From Trichosphaerium sp. ATCC 40318 (Eukaryota; Protista; Tubulinea), in assembly GCA_038496445.1 (NCBI GenBank), contig JALMLS010000341.1, positions 62,001-126,000 of the forward strand: DNA of 64,000 bases. The letters are read 5' to 3'. Shown piece after piece: positions 25,597-38,768 of this stretch; the first letter of the stretch is position 1, and each line of letters opens with the position of its first letter. The position numbers and the translations under genes were made by a program. Under the pieces are notes generated by a model. The model saw nothing but the letters and a program-made list of their open reading frames with translations. It did not search any database and was not told the DNA's origin.

Positions 25597-26699
25597 CTAG
25601 TTATGCCCATAATGAGATATTGGTTTGTTCATACGATTCAATCGTTTTACTCGGTCCTTTAGATCATCTATAGCCCTGTTTATAACTGAAAAAAAAATAT
25701 TAATAGACAAAACTAAGAATACCCAAGCACCTATTTTCGCTTTTTCTGGTATGTTTGTGCCTGACATGTTTAATGTCCAGTTTTCTTCAAGGTACAGTGG
25801 GATGTAACTCACTTCTAAAGGAAATAAGAGCGACATGGCAAGTAAAACAAGCGAGGTAGCATTGCCTAAACAAATTCATCTAACGTACTAGAATATCCAT
25901 GGTTGCACAGCATCTCTAGTCCTTTTCCAGTACACCCAGGAATATGAACCGAAAATACAGAATCTTTAGGTGCCAAAGCTCTGAATAAAGCTACTCCTCC
26001 AAATATTCCATAAGGCCACCCAGCTACATCACAATTAAACCACTACTCCAATCAACACTCACTTACCATGCCAATACTTAAAATCACAGTTTGACATGAC
26101 TATACTGGTGATGGGTGTACAGCCCTTCGCTTTGATCTCTGTAACAAAAAAAAACACTGAATAAACAACTTTGTTTTGCAAACATCACCTACATACCCTG
26201 TACAAGTGGGTGATTCTCAAATTTTTCTGGTTTAAGTTTTGCAATATCCTTGTATTCACCATAAGCGAAACGGTTTCTCTCATGATTAAGTCCTAACTTT
26301 CCTGAAAGCACAGCACATCCTTAAATAATTTAGGGTACATCAAACAATCATGAAAAGAAAGACAAAAAAAAAAGGTAGTGCTTACCAATCTTCCAAAAAG
26401 TTTCCCAGTAAACAGTAACGTTGCATACCTAACTATAATTAGGGACTTGTTGATTGCCAAATAAGTACCTTTACAGTGTCCACATTACTAAAAAACGCAA
26501 ATAAAGATCTCATTTTTGGGTATTCTTGCCTAAATTTGTCTTCCGTTGGACAGAGCTGCGAAATATCAAGCGTAGTTGTTGTGTATTTTATAGCATCGCG
26601 CCAATACGAGCATACAAGCGTCACAGTGCGCTTTGTGTGTAAATCATCAACAAAACCGAGTATATGGTACACTATCTCCCCTGGTATTGGCGTGGCCAT
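25597..26699 (-). CDS. F-box protein with C-terminal hydrophobic (TM) segments
   Basis: IPGEIVYHILGFVDDLHTKRTVTLVCSYWRD F-box motif. Downstream exons are hydrophobic (WVFLVLSINIFF). End approximate. Confidence 0.6.
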
Positions 26700-27070
26700 T
26701 AATAAGCTGTGAAAGAAAAACAACGAAAGTAAACAAAATAATTATTTAAATAGGCCGGAGAAACCCGTTGACTACGCCACTACCTACCAAGTCTGCACTC
26801 TATGGTGATCCACTGTAGAGCATGTTTCTTGAGACTAGCTAAGGGATTGCAATTGTAAGGTGTGATTGTATATGCGTTTAGAACGTGTCCTACAGTACGA
26901 ACCAATTTTTATTTATTTAATTATCCCACGTGCAAATCACGTGAAAACTTGTAAAACTGTTTATTAAATCATGTATTGTACCGCAAGAATGCCAACAAAC
27001 AGGCTTATTTTTTAGTGCTTCAACAAATCCATGATTTTATTTTTCAATTTAAAAGTTTGTGGTGCCTTCT

Positions 27071-28345
27071 CTAAAAAGCACACGGATGAACTTTTTCATA
27101 AGTCTCTATTTGCCATCGAAGAGTAACTGAAGCGCAAAAATTCTCAGTATCACTTGACGTAGATACAACATGATGCCACCTACAACGATTAAAACCGCAT
27201 GAGAAGTGAACAAAAAATATGTTTACAACAAAAAAAACACAACGAACCAGCATGGGGGTATGTACAAACAATCGCCAGGATTCAGAGTAGCCCGATAAAA
27301 TGTTATGTTTTTTAATTTTGGATACTGTGAAGCGTATTCTTTGTCTTCAAAATACTTTTGTAAATCAACTTTACTTGTATGCTTAGAAGATGCTGAAAGT
27401 GCTAGATCATTCTTAGACAAAAGAATCCAAGCTATTAATTGTAAATATTACCGACATGAGGGTACAAAGATCTTGTAGCATCAGGGTGGGCAAGGAAAAC
27501 CTAGAAAGATAATTGAACAAAACGAAAAAATTTTGATTAGTTTTTTGTTTTTAAAGGCTAAGTACTTCTTTGACACCGACAACTTGACATAAAAATCCAT
27601 GCCAGACATCAAAATGTAATGGTGTTACATTCCCAACTGAGCTATTAATCGGGTTAGCCCATCTGGTTTATCAAAAAGAACAAGCACGTTTACCCTATCC
27701 ACAAGCCAGAAAGGCTTGTATCATAACCAACGTTGTTATTAAAGTACTCAGGTAGCGTATTAATGTCGTTTGATATTGATTCAAAGAGCGGAGCACGCAG
27801 GTAAGTCCTTTTTTCTGATTCAAAGAAGAACGTGTCAATAAACAGGTTACAATCATATTTCTCAGCTGTAGCGTACTTGTTTTGTCCGTCACGCACTTCA
27901 CAAACTATGATAGTGTTACTCACGTACATTTTAGATGTACTTACCTCTCCAAAAGATGTATTAACGATTGTTACTATTTCATTAGCAAGGAATTGCCTGT
28001 TATCCTTTGCTTCAAATACTTTAACTCTCTGTGGTTGTTGTCACGTTACAATTTCGCTTATTTTAAAACATGCCGTTTCTGGTGTAATTGTATCGATTAA
28101 ATAGGCGCCATTCCATTTTTTCAGCGCTTTCCATGACGCTACATACCCTTTGTAACGTTTAGTTTTAAAATGGATTGTGGACGCGTCAGCAGGCTAATAC
28201 TTACCTGTAAGTGCCAAAGGCGTTGTATTACGAAAGTTTTCGTCAAAATACTCCTTCTGTATTTCTGTTAAAGCTCTGACAGGGCATATACAATCAACTA
28301 CAATATTAAGCTAACATAAAACGTAATAGCACAACCTTCACCCAT
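27071..28345 (-). CDS. JmjC (cupin-like 8) 2OG/Fe(II) hydroxylase, JMJD5/FIH-like
   Basis: TPLHFDVWHGFLCQVVGVK (HxD, K) and LNPGDCLYIPPCWWHHV (distal His). Confidence 0.85.
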
Positions 28346-28921
28346 AAACCAGTGAAGAATTTTACGTTTCTTGAAAGTGTTGGACTAACCCCAGTTTATT
28401 GTTATTTACTCCAAATTCAAGATGGAACGCTTCAATACATAGCGTTGTACGCTTCCAATGCAGCGCTATAAAAATTCTTCAATTGCTCTTAATGACGTTG
28501 TACATGTCCAAGTACGCAACAAAGAACGTAGAAAACGCATAACAATTAATGGTAGGTCACGAGAATTATATTTAAATACAAAAGGGCAGAAGTAGTCTTT
28601 TTAAAGAATAGACGAGGTAAATAACGCGTATATGCTTCGCTTACACAGATTAGACTATGGTAAAATAGATTTTAAAAATCTACCGCCTAAAACACGTACA
28701 AATGCGCACGTACGTTACCAACACTAACAAATCAATAGGTTACAATGATTTAATGGATCAGCAGTTTTGGGCGATAGTCACGTCCATAGTAAGATCAGCC
28801 CTTAGACCCACCTTTATTCTAATTATGCTAGGACGCAAGAGGCACTTGGCAACTAACTTGTCTTGGCATCGACCAAGTCTCTGGCGAAGTTCTAAAATCC
28901 CATGTGTCAGAACTTGAAACA

Positions 28922-29478
28922 ATGAACACTCTGGTGCGCTTACAATCATAGTTGTAGCATATGCCACTACTAAAACCTTATTTAAGGCATCAGAACAGAA
29001 ACAAAGAGCTCATCAATCAGAACACCTAAACGCCTTGGCTTCACTAACACTAATGAAAAACCCTCGATTAGCTCACTTTTATTTACACCAAGAACACATC
29101 TTCCGTTCTGAGACTCCATCAAAGTCTACATCTTCTGATATGTACTGCAGCAAATGTGGATTTTTACTCATACCTACAGAGACATGTAGCGTACGCATAA
29201 AGAACTTGAAGGCACTGCCAGATGGTCTTCTTCATGACGTACAGAAAACAACTAAGCATGGCCATAAAAACGTATTGGTGAGTACTTGCTGGGTTTGCGA
29301 GAACAAAGAAACAAGGGTGAAGTCAAACCAACTAAAGAAAAGACCACCTCCTACAACTGAACTGAGCAGCAAATGGCGTAATGGCAAGCGTAGAAAGACT
29401 ATGGGTAGTATAAGTAATGTTCTAGAAAAGACAAAGCCCAAGAAACGTAAACAACGTAGAAAACCTCAGCGAAAATGA
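28922..29478 (+). CDS. RNase P/MRP Rpr2/Rpp21/Snm1-family zinc-ribbon subunit
   Basis: CSKCGFLLIPTETCSVRI...VSTCWVC with a basic tail. ATG at 28922 joins through a short intron. Confidence 0.7.
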
Positions 29479-29701
29479 TCATTACTCCTCATTAAAAATA
29501 AAATGAACAGAAATAGGAATTGACCAAGAAACACGTAAATATGTGATAAAAAATTTTAGTTTAAAACACGTGCGGTTTTTAATCAGCGGTTATTATTAAA
29601 GAAAATTTGGCATACACTTGATAATAAATCAAGAGTACATACCACAGCTGTCAATACTCTACTACTTTTTTTTTTTGGACTGGTTTGTTCTTGTTCCACT
29701 T

Positions 29702-31062
29702 CTACTTCTTGTTTACGAATCCAAACTCAACCAACGAATTAACGGTATCTACTAATGATTCCTCTATATCACGGAATTCAACTTCCATATCTCTACAGTA
29801 TAGTTAGTGCTTTAACTAGTATTAAATGAACGTGCTTTTTAATTTTTGAATTGTCGAACATAAACTTTTTGTTGAGGTTTCTACTTAGCCATCCCCATGT
29901 CAATCTTGAGTCCATTACTGCAGCAACATACATTACAAAATTTGGCATTGATTTCGTAGGTATTGGCATATTCGGAAAGTTCTTCTTTAGAACTGTAGCA
30001 ACTTCCAAACAACTCATACTGCCTTGTGTTGAACAAATGTATCGTTGACCTTTCCAGCAATGAGATAATCGGAATAACAGCTGGCACTTGATGCCACTTA
30101 CCTTTGATATCTTCGTTCTCCATAGCAATGATATGTGCTTTAGCTACATCACGTACATCGACGATACAAAAGTTAAGATTTGGTGCTCGAGGATACTCAC
30201 CGCTGACAATACTAACAACAGTTACTTTGTTACAAAAAAATCAAGGTTGGGCGTTTGTACCTTTTGATTATTCCTACGCTTGAGCCTAAACTGCCTTTCG
30301 AAAGCACAGGTCCTACGATGAGAGAAGGATTTACAGTTACCAGGGAAAAATCATCTATGTCTTTTACAAAGTCCCACGCCGCCTTTTCTGCTCTCACTTT
30401 ACTTAAAGAATACGCCTCATATTTTATGCCCGATGTTGTATTCCAATCTTCCTCTGTGAATGTTGGTACCTGTCCCTTTGGTACTTTACCATCAAACTCA
30501 ATAGCAGCAACAGATGACGTTAAAACTACCTATCAATAAAAAAGATCAGCACGTGCTTTTTTTGTCAAAAATTCTCAAAAAAGAAAAAAAGCGCCACGTA
30601 CTTTCTTTACTGTCCCTGATTTTTTACAAGACGTAAGTACATCTATTGTACCTTCAACACTATTTGTAAATTAAGGTGTGTCGAATAAAATGAGCGTACG
30701 CTGGTTTTAAGAGAGTTTCTTCAGGGTTTTTTACTCCCATTTGAAAAGGTGACGCCGTATGTATTACGACGTCTGCGCCAGCTGTTACTTTGTCAAAAGA
30801 TCCTTTCTTTACCAAATCAGCTTCTAAAATACCTTGTAAATACACCCACACAAGGGCATTGCGTTAACTTACCAAATAGTTCCAGTTCGCCTTCAAGTTT
30901 GGAAGCCATATCCATTAAATGTTGAGATTTTTCTTTATTGCTTATGTTACGGACTGTACCACGCACACAGTAGCCTTTTTCAAGAAGTTGTTTAATGACA
31001 TGCCCTGCTAGATAGCCTGTAGCTCCAGTTACGGCAACGACCTTCCCTTTTTCTTCTGCCAT
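29702..31062 (-). CDS. Extended SDR NAD(P)-dependent reductase (DFR/aldehyde reductase-like)
   Basis: VTGATGYLA, VRGTVR, VIHTASP, VVLTSSVAA, YSLSK (YxxxK), VDVRDVAKAHI. Confidence 0.9.
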
Positions 31063-31817
31063 GGTGTAGTGTTCTTTAAACGTCCAAATGGTTTTTTAGG
31101 ACAAACTTGGTACCTTAAGTCGCGATTGAGGGCTATCGTTTGTCCGTAAATGCCCGAAGAATAAACTGTTGTGCCATTCGATACAATACACCCAAACAGC
31201 TGGATTATAATCATAAATTTACAAGTCGGAAGAAATGTCAAATAAAGAACGATCACGTGATATGATACAAACGCGGTCTAGCTACCCTTTTATATTGAAA
31301 CTCACGTAGGTACAAGGGTACTTATGAACGCTTCACGTAGTCGATAGCGTGGACCAGCCTTGGCAGATAACATTTCTGTTAACAGTTTGCCATACTTGCC
31401 TTCTTTGTTTTTGACATAAATACTTCACCGCCTTCACCACTCCATTCAAAAACTACACATTATGATCTCCCATATATCCATTGCTATAGCACTGTGTTTT
31501 GATTTGTAGTTGTTTCAACAAAAACTCAAAAAAAACCACGAACTGTCACGCTTCATTTCAATGTATTAACAACATACTTAGTAGTATTTTAGCATGAGTT
31601 TTTTGTTAACGCCATGCGTAGCCTGCGAACACAAAACCATTTTTTGTACCGAGAACTATCGTGAAGGTGCATTTTATGATTCCGGAGGGTATGTAGAACA
31701 CTGCATACGCAAAAGGGAGGCTATTTGTTTAGTTGTAGTTTTTTTTTGAAGTTTTTTTGCCAAACAACACGTGATTTAGTGCAGTTGACATACCATATAT
31801 CCAAATACTCTGAAACG

Positions 31818-32620
31818 ATGAACACCTCATCAAAGAAAGTCACTACTCAGACAATATCATGCGCATTGTTGGGAAGCAGTCAAGTCGGTAAAACAACCTT
31901 TATAAAACGTTGTCTTGGAAACTCGTACGATACTTTGAAAAACGTTTAAAACAAAGTTAACACGTGTTCCAGTTGCTACAGCAAATACATTCCAACTGAA
32001 GGAGAATGTTACACAGCTATACAAAAAATAAACGATAAAGCAACAAGACTCAATTTATGGGACACGTACGTTCGAACTGAAGGAAAGCAAGTTTTTTTTG
32101 GTTCTCATTTTTTTTTAGATCTGGCTCAAAAGACTCTCATTCAAGATGGAGAAAATTGTCGTTGGCGAACACTGATGTGTGTTTGCTATTGTTTTCAATT
32201 GAAAACACACTCTCTTTGTTAGATGTAAGGCTCACGTGGGAACAAGAAATCAAACAATACAATTCAACCATACCTATTATTCTTGTTGGCACAAGACGAG
32301 GAAGACCTTTACCTCCTAAACCCCATCGGGGCCTTCATCCATCCGGCTGGCGTGTACGATCAGGATTGAACGACGTTCAAACAACTTGCGTTAACGGAGA
32401 AATGATGGCGAAGAAAATAAATGCTGTGGGATACTATGAGTGCTATTTAGATGGTAGGGGAATACTAGAAGTATTTGATGCTGTAGGCATTCATTTGTCG
32501 GCAATTAGAAGAAAGAAAATATGGCGCAAGAGCGTCCGAGCTAGTGTCAAATATGCAAGTAGCTGGCCTGGTATTAAAACCCCCAAAAATAAGCGTCACA
32601 CAAGAGATAGTGCACCATAA
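31818..32620 (+). CDS. Atypical Rho-like small GTPase
   Basis: GSSQVGKT, YIPT, LWDTSG, SLANTDVCLLLFSI, PIILVGTRR, YYEC. No CAAX. Confidence 0.7.
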
Positions 32621-33120
32621 TGTAAATACCTGAAAATGTAAAATAAATGTAAACTACAAAAACTGAAAAACCCTTGATATGTCGGACTAGTTGGAAACAG
32701 AGGCTGCCAGTAATACCTTGTCTATAACTCCGAAAACGGCGGAGTAAATGACCTCCCCAGGGAGTTACGCAGTATCTGTGAGAACGGTTACTAAGGAGAT
32801 TTTCAAATGCTCCTTTCATCCCTTTACATTAGCAAAACGAAACGGAAGTAGCTTGACTAAATTGTCACTGTAACTATTTATTTCCTGCTACAATTATGGA
32901 GGATAACTTGCGGGGATTAGAATTGTAGGAATAAAGAAATAGTTAAACATTTTGATTGACCTGAACCTAAACATTATGCCTACTGTCTCCATATAATCGC
33001 CATCCATAATATGATTTCTTCGATAAAACTGACACACAAGAGCAGAACAGTAAACACCAAAAAAAAGTAAAGGCATAATCTTTCAGTGCTTCAACAAAGC
33101 TGTTTATTCTTAATTTATTC

Positions 33121-34272
33121 TTAAAATGTAAAAAAGTATGCCTGCTCAGCACCAGCGGCAGATTCGTATGTATTCCCCGATATTGATAATTGCTTGAAGT
33201 TTGATGGTAAAGAACCGGCGCTCTTTAGGGTCCTACCACGGCTATCCGTACCAGCCCACGCAACATAAATCTAACAACCCACAATAAGCTTCAACACCTA
33301 AGAGACCCAAAAAAACATACCTTAATACCACACCTCCTTAGAGGATCAGGCATCCCACATCCTTTGCACTCTTCTTGACAATGCTCGCTGATTGCTAAAC
33401 CACATGTTTCATCTTTACAAAAAGATAAGACTCACAGCTTCCGAAAAGCAGTAATACCTATACATTGATTTGGTTCTTCATCACATTCACTGCAACCCCC
33501 TATGTATTTAATACTCTACAAAATGAATCAGCTACGTAGTTATAAAGACATTCTAACCTTTGCTACGCCTTTATCTAGCTGTACCACTACTGCCCAGCTT
33601 CCAACAACATACTCACCATTCGTAAACAACTTTGAAGGTGTTGCTATCGTTGCATTTTCGTCACTAGAAATTATTTAAATGGAGCTCATGTATGCCTTCT
33701 CTGTACCTGCCTACCAAGGAAACTCGCACCAGAGTATCAACAGCATCTAATTGCCAATATAGACTACCTGTCATTGTGTTAACAAAAGAACAAAAGTCGA
33801 TTGTTATTCTTACTGTTTGCTACTTCTAATCTCGCTAGTTTATCGACTTTAACGTTAAATTGGATTGATCCGTACTACGTTTGATTAGAAAACGTCTAAA
33901 ACGCTTTGTTTTGCGCACTTCTAAGTCGGTAATATTGGCTGTCGTTGGAAAGCCTGTTGGTGTATCTGCTGACGCGTTTGTAGGCGGATCTGTAGAATTT
34001 GAGGCTATTGTTGGCGACAAAGTCGAATTTGTCACTGTGCCGTTTGAAGTCGTTTCGTTATGCGCTGGAGCGTCTGTTGGTGCAATTGTAGTACTATTCG
34101 TTGAAGAATTTTGTAGAGGGCTTTCTGTTGGCTCTAAGGTTACTGGTGCTACAGTGGTGTTATCCTGAAGCTGTATTATTGCAATTTCTATGATTGCATC
34201 GCTCTTTATTCGGTATGTTTGAGTATGAGCCCAAGCGCATACACAAGCCAAAAAAAGAACTATGCGTAGCAT
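33121..34272 (-). CDS. Secreted protein: signal peptide, S/T/N-rich mucin-like stretch, Cys-rich C-terminal domain (plant Expp1-like)
   Basis: MLRIVLFLACVCAWA, many NxS/T sites, VVQLDKG...GCSEC...C...IYVAWAGTDSRG..LKS. Family name is from memory. Confidence 0.55.
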
Positions 34273-34745
34273 ATTGTTGATTTAGGGAGTAAAAGCGTGC
34301 ACTGAAAAGGTACTCTAAAGTTTAGTTGAACACCTTTGTGGAACGGTCCTGAAACGTCAGATATAAAACTTGTAAAAGGAGAAAGGTAAAGGTTATACAG
34401 ATTCTGGTTGGATTTCGGCTTGTTAACTTGACACATTGAACCTACGTATCAAGAAGAATGCAAGCAATTCCAGCAAAAGTACTGAAGGTTATCTCCAATT
34501 TTACTGTATTGCATAGACTACCATTAGACCAAAAGGGGTGCTAACACGTGTTATTGAAGTGGTAGTACACGACATTACTGTCATGATTGTCTAAGCGAGC
34601 AAGATAAATAAAAACATCAACCAAAACACACATACTAATTAGATGGTTTATTTTCTATCTGTTGTCTTTTGGGTTTTTTGCGGGTTGCTATGATTTGTAC
34701 TCTTTTGATTTACCTTTCACTTGTTGTGGCTCTGTTATTTTTTTG

Positions 34746-35486
34746 TTACTCGATATTTTGATTTTGATCTGTTTGTTTTTTCAACTTGGTTGCGATAATT
34801 TTAGATGACAATAATTCAAAGGCTTCTGTCACTACAAATTCCATTATTAACATAGTAATTGTATTGATAAAATTCATACCATTTACTGAGTCTTTGGCTG
34901 ATATCTCTAAGAACTCCATCCCGTGTGCATCAGCAAAAGCCTGAAAACAGTAAGAACGGAAATGCAGAATGGCTGCTCAATATTGCCGAGTTTGTTACCT
35001 TAGCAGTATCAGTATCAATAACACGATCTGCTGTTAGATCGCATTTAGCTCCCACAAGTATTTTTTGGATATCTTCTTTTCTCGCATATCTTTCTATCTC
35101 ATTCATCAACTTGAACAAATTATCAAAAGTCTCTTGGCGTGTTATGTCATACGCTAACAGAATACCGTCATGGAAATAGGCACTACGTATTAATCTCGCT
35201 TGACATAAAAAACCATTATGATAAAGGGGTACAGTAGCGAAGCGTACCACAAATATCATAGACATATAGCCTAATCCTGTTGTCGTCTACCTTGATGTCT
35301 TTTATTTTCTAAGTCAAAAGGTAAACATCATTCTCACGTGATTTTGTTTGAGCAAAAAATTACAGGTTCTTTTTCTTCACCACTAGTGGGTATGAATGCT
35401 TCCGTAAATGTGTCATCAGCAAATCTAAGTACAATACCAGTTTTTCCAACTCTTGAATCTCCAAATGCTGTTATTGTATGTTTCAT
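34746..35486 (-). CDS. Divergent Rab1-like GTPase lacking C-terminal cysteines (possible pseudogene)
   Basis: GDSRVGKT, RFADDTFTEAFIPT, GILLAYDITRQETF, EIERYA, ILVGAKCDL, FLEISAK. G3 is degenerate and the stop follows QNIE with no CC/CxC. Confidence 0.65.
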
Positions 35487-36235
35487 TCAAGTTTTACTAA
35501 TATTTTCTAGAAAGTGAGTTTTTAGCACTTTTAGCAGATCTAGCAAGATCTGACACTTCTGTCAAATGGTGTAGATCTATCACAATGTGAACTATTTGTG
35601 TTACAATATTGTCCTTCATTGTATGACTTAGTTACCTTACGGTAAGTGATAGCAAAATTTTCAATGTAAGTTTCAACAGACCATGGAAGATGATCGCAGT
35701 ATTTCAACTGCACACGGTACGATCAAACCACAGAGGTGTTCAATGCGCTAAAAGCGAATTAAAAAGGTATGATGTCCTACAAAGCTATCGCATTACCGCC
35801 AAACACGGTATGAATGCCTCAAACACTGTTTGCTGTATGTTTTGCTTCAAAAAATCAACGTACGTGTATAACTTACTAGCGCTACGCTAGCGCCTACCCC
35901 ACGCTAAGAAGCGCTACGGTAGCATACAAGCAGCAATGAAGGTGTAACAACGTCAAAACCGCCCAAAACACCACCAGCGTTGCTGTAGGCTTTGTAAACG
36001 CCGCTAGGCGTCAAATATGTAAATAAAAAAGTTTGCTCTGGGGTTTGTTAAATCACGTGGGTTTGAAACGGTTGGATTCACTGGACAGGCGTGAGGGTAG
36101 ATCACATTTAAAAAAATAACAATTTGCAAGATCTGTCAGAAGTGTCAAATCCGTCAGATCTGACAGATCGGGCAGGAACTGGATTTTTTTTGCTAAAAGT
36201 CAGTCTGTCTCAAAACTTGAATGAAACAGACAATA
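35472..36235. repeat. Imperfect ~100-bp inverted repeats flanking ~560 bp (foldback/MITE-like)
   Basis: 35472-35495 vs 36212-36235 (23/24 inverted), 35527-35536 vs 36191-36200 (10/10), 35547-35567 vs 36130-36150 (18/21). Confidence 0.6.
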
Positions 36236-36479
36236 CGTGGAATAAATAGTCGCTTTGGTTAACAAGAAGTGTCAGTAACTAGAAATATACATAAATTGAG
36301 TGTCTTACTAGTCTTTTGGAGCCTCTTTGATAACCTTCGCAGGTTTCAGTGGTGCTATGTGCGCCGTTAGTTAATCAAAGCGATACAACCTATCACTACA
36401 AAAAGAACAATCGAAGGCTAGAGAAAATCAGTTTTAAATACCTGGAGTTTCAGCTGTGGGTTTCACTTTCGGACCCACG

Positions 36480-36720
36480 TTTTTTCCGAATTTTTCGAAA
36501 GAAAAAATTCGAAAAAATAGAATTCGATACAAAAACAGAATGTCTATACCCACCAATGGATCACTATATGTGAGCGAAGGTCGGGTTCTAGTTCCGAGAA
36601 CAGCGAGGACCCGACCGTAAGTGAACCAGGCGCTTTCTAGTTTAGTGGACTGCCCTAGCTATGCATCTTTCTATGAATTCTATTTTTTCGAATTTTTGTT
36701 TTCGGAAAATTCGGAAAAAA
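36480..36720. repeat. MITE-like unit: ~46-bp inverted repeats with an internal GC-rich hairpin
   Basis: 36480-36525 is the near reverse complement of 36675-36720. Internal stem ggtcgggttct...aggacccgacc at ~36579-36616. Confidence 0.65.
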
Positions 36721-37176
36721 CTATGGCCCCTTCACTTTTTTACTGCTTTTATGGCCCATATCACTGTTAATTTTAGGCAACGTTGTAAGGGTATGTGAAG
36801 GTAGTGCACAATTAAATCATGCATTTTTGTTAACGGTTTGCTTAATGTGTTTGTTGACACGTGACAGAAGCCATCGGGGTTAATAACAAGAATACCTCGT
36901 AGAAAACACTTCAAACCACTATAGCAACAATATTGAAGGCTTTTCATAAACAAGGTCGGGTTGGAGGTCAAATATTACCTTTTTTTGTTCTTCAAGTTTG
37001 TCAACTTGAATGACCAGATCGACAATACATTAAACAAAACCTAAACCCTTTATTACACAAATCCCTAATCTTGGGTTTCTCTAGCTGTTATCTGAGGTAC
37101 ACCAAGCTTCAGTGTGTTTAGCAAATTGTACATGTCAATCACACCTCCATATCTTGATTTGCCCATTACTATACCA

Positions 37177-38256
37177 TTATTTGGCTTCACTGTGCTGCTT
37201 ATCACCAACATATAATGTTTGTAATTCTAGTTGGCCATTTGCATACCATTGTTTGTGCTCACCATTTAAGCAACCATTAGTATATGTACATTCAAAATGA
37301 GGTGTTCCATCGTTATACCATTGCTTATACTCGCCATTTTTTTTGTCATTAGCATAAGTAGTTTGAAGCTTAAGCTGACCATTATCATGCCACTCTCTGT
37401 AATTCCCATGCTTTTTACCATCAATGACCGTATATTGTGAACTTGGTTGTCCTCTGTACCAACTTTTATGCTCGCCATTCTCCTTGCCTTTTACATACGT
37501 GGTTTGACACATCAGTCGTCCTTTGTTATCCCACACACACATTACACCATTCATCTCACCATCAACCCAAATATGCTGTGACTCAAGTTGCCCATTTTTA
37601 TACCACTCTTTGTGCAAACCGTTTGCCTTACCAACAATGAACATACCTTGCCTCTTGACTTGTCCAGTTTTGTACCATTCTTTGTACTCACCATTTTTTT
37701 TCCCTGAAACATACATACCTTGTGACTTGAGTTGACCATTATCGTACCAATCCTGGTACTCACCATTCCTTTTATCATCAACAAATGTAGCTTGTACAAA
37801 AAGTTTACCATTTTCATGCCACCTCTTTAATTCACCATGACGCAAACCTTCAACATACAGAGCCTTCCACTCAATTTGACCACCTTCATACCAATCTTTT
37901 TCCTCGCCATGCTTCTTATCATCAGCATAGAATGCTTGTGTCTTGAGTGATCCACTCTCATACCACATTTTCATTTCTCCATGCTGTTTTCCATCACACA
38001 TCATAATTGTCATGTATAAACGGCCATTCCAATACCAATACAGCCATTTTCCTTTTTGTTCTAGCTTGTCATTGTAATGTGTGTTAATTGCAGCCACTTT
38101 TGAGAGCACATGGTACTTTGAAAACGTTTCTCTGTTAAAAGTACACAAATAGCATTGAATATCATTTGGGAGTCCCAATAGAGTACAATGAGAGTTATTA
38201 GAGAGAAAACCCTTGTCATTGTTTGCCCACGCTCGCTTTTGCATTGTAATGATCAC
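37177..38256 (-). CDS. Intronless F-box-like + MORN-variant repeat protein (paralog of 110-1587)
   Basis: LLGLPNDIQCYLCTF then about a dozen ~24-aa G..K.W(Y/H).NGQL repeats. The repeat pattern (WYSNGQ) continues in frame past the TAA at 37177, suggesting a nonsense mutation. Confidence 0.85.
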   Translation of the reverse strand: MIITMQKRAWANNDKGFLSNNSHCTLLGLPNDIQCYLCTFNRETFSKYHVLSKVAAINTHYNDKLEQKGKWLYWYWNGRLYMTIMMCDGKQHGEMKMWYESGSLKTQAFYADDKKHGEEKDWYEGGQIEWKALYVEGLRHGELKRWHENGKLFVQATFVDDKRNGEYQDWYDNGQLKSQGMYVSGKKNGEYKEWYKTGQVKRQGMFIVGKANGLHKEWYKNGQLESQHIWVDGEMNGVMCVWDNKGRLMCQTTYVKGKENGEHKSWYRGQPSSQYTVIDGKKHGNYREWHDNGQLKLQTTYANDKKNGEYKQWYNDGTPHFECTYTNGCLNGEHKQWYANGQLELQTLYVGDKQHSEAK

Positions 38257-38768
38257 AAATGTCTTTAAAATAAGTTAATAACATCTTTTTCAGGCATAAC
38301 TGCGTTTTTGTGATTGTTTAGATGAGCAAACAAGAAGGCGTACCTAGTTTCGGCAACTGTAATATTGTAGCAGTTCGAAAGAAGAAAATAAGAGAACACG
38401 TGTAAGAGAAGAACCTTTTCGAAACAGATGTTTCTAAACCAGCATTGACTTTTTGGTTACTTGGTATATTTTATCTTTGGCGCTTTTTGTTAATAAATCG
38501 GTCTTTGAGTAGCATATACAGCTACCTGGTGCGCTCTAGATACCAGTACACACAAAATAAATAGCAGTGACCAAATCTCTACAAGCCAACTTTGACTGAC
38601 CATTATTTTATTTGACAATATTTATCTCAAGTTTTTTAGTTACAGCGTCTTTTTAGTTACAATTTACGTTGTACGGCGGAATATCTTTCAGAATAAGTAT
38701 TAGGACTAGGAAATCCAATAACACTTGCAAATATCCACCACACACCCTACACATCCACAACTTACTCT

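Noticed and set aside
28450-28917. Small plus-strand spliced gene between the JmjC and Rpr2-like genes
   Set aside because: Intron-like signals exist but I could not assemble a convincing frame or recognise a family.
37140-37180. TAA reassigned to Gln (ciliate-type code), suggested by WYSNGQ continuing after the stop
   Set aside because: Several conserved genes here end in TAA/TAG and long Gln-rich ORFs use CAA/CAG only. A single CAA>TAA mutation is simpler.
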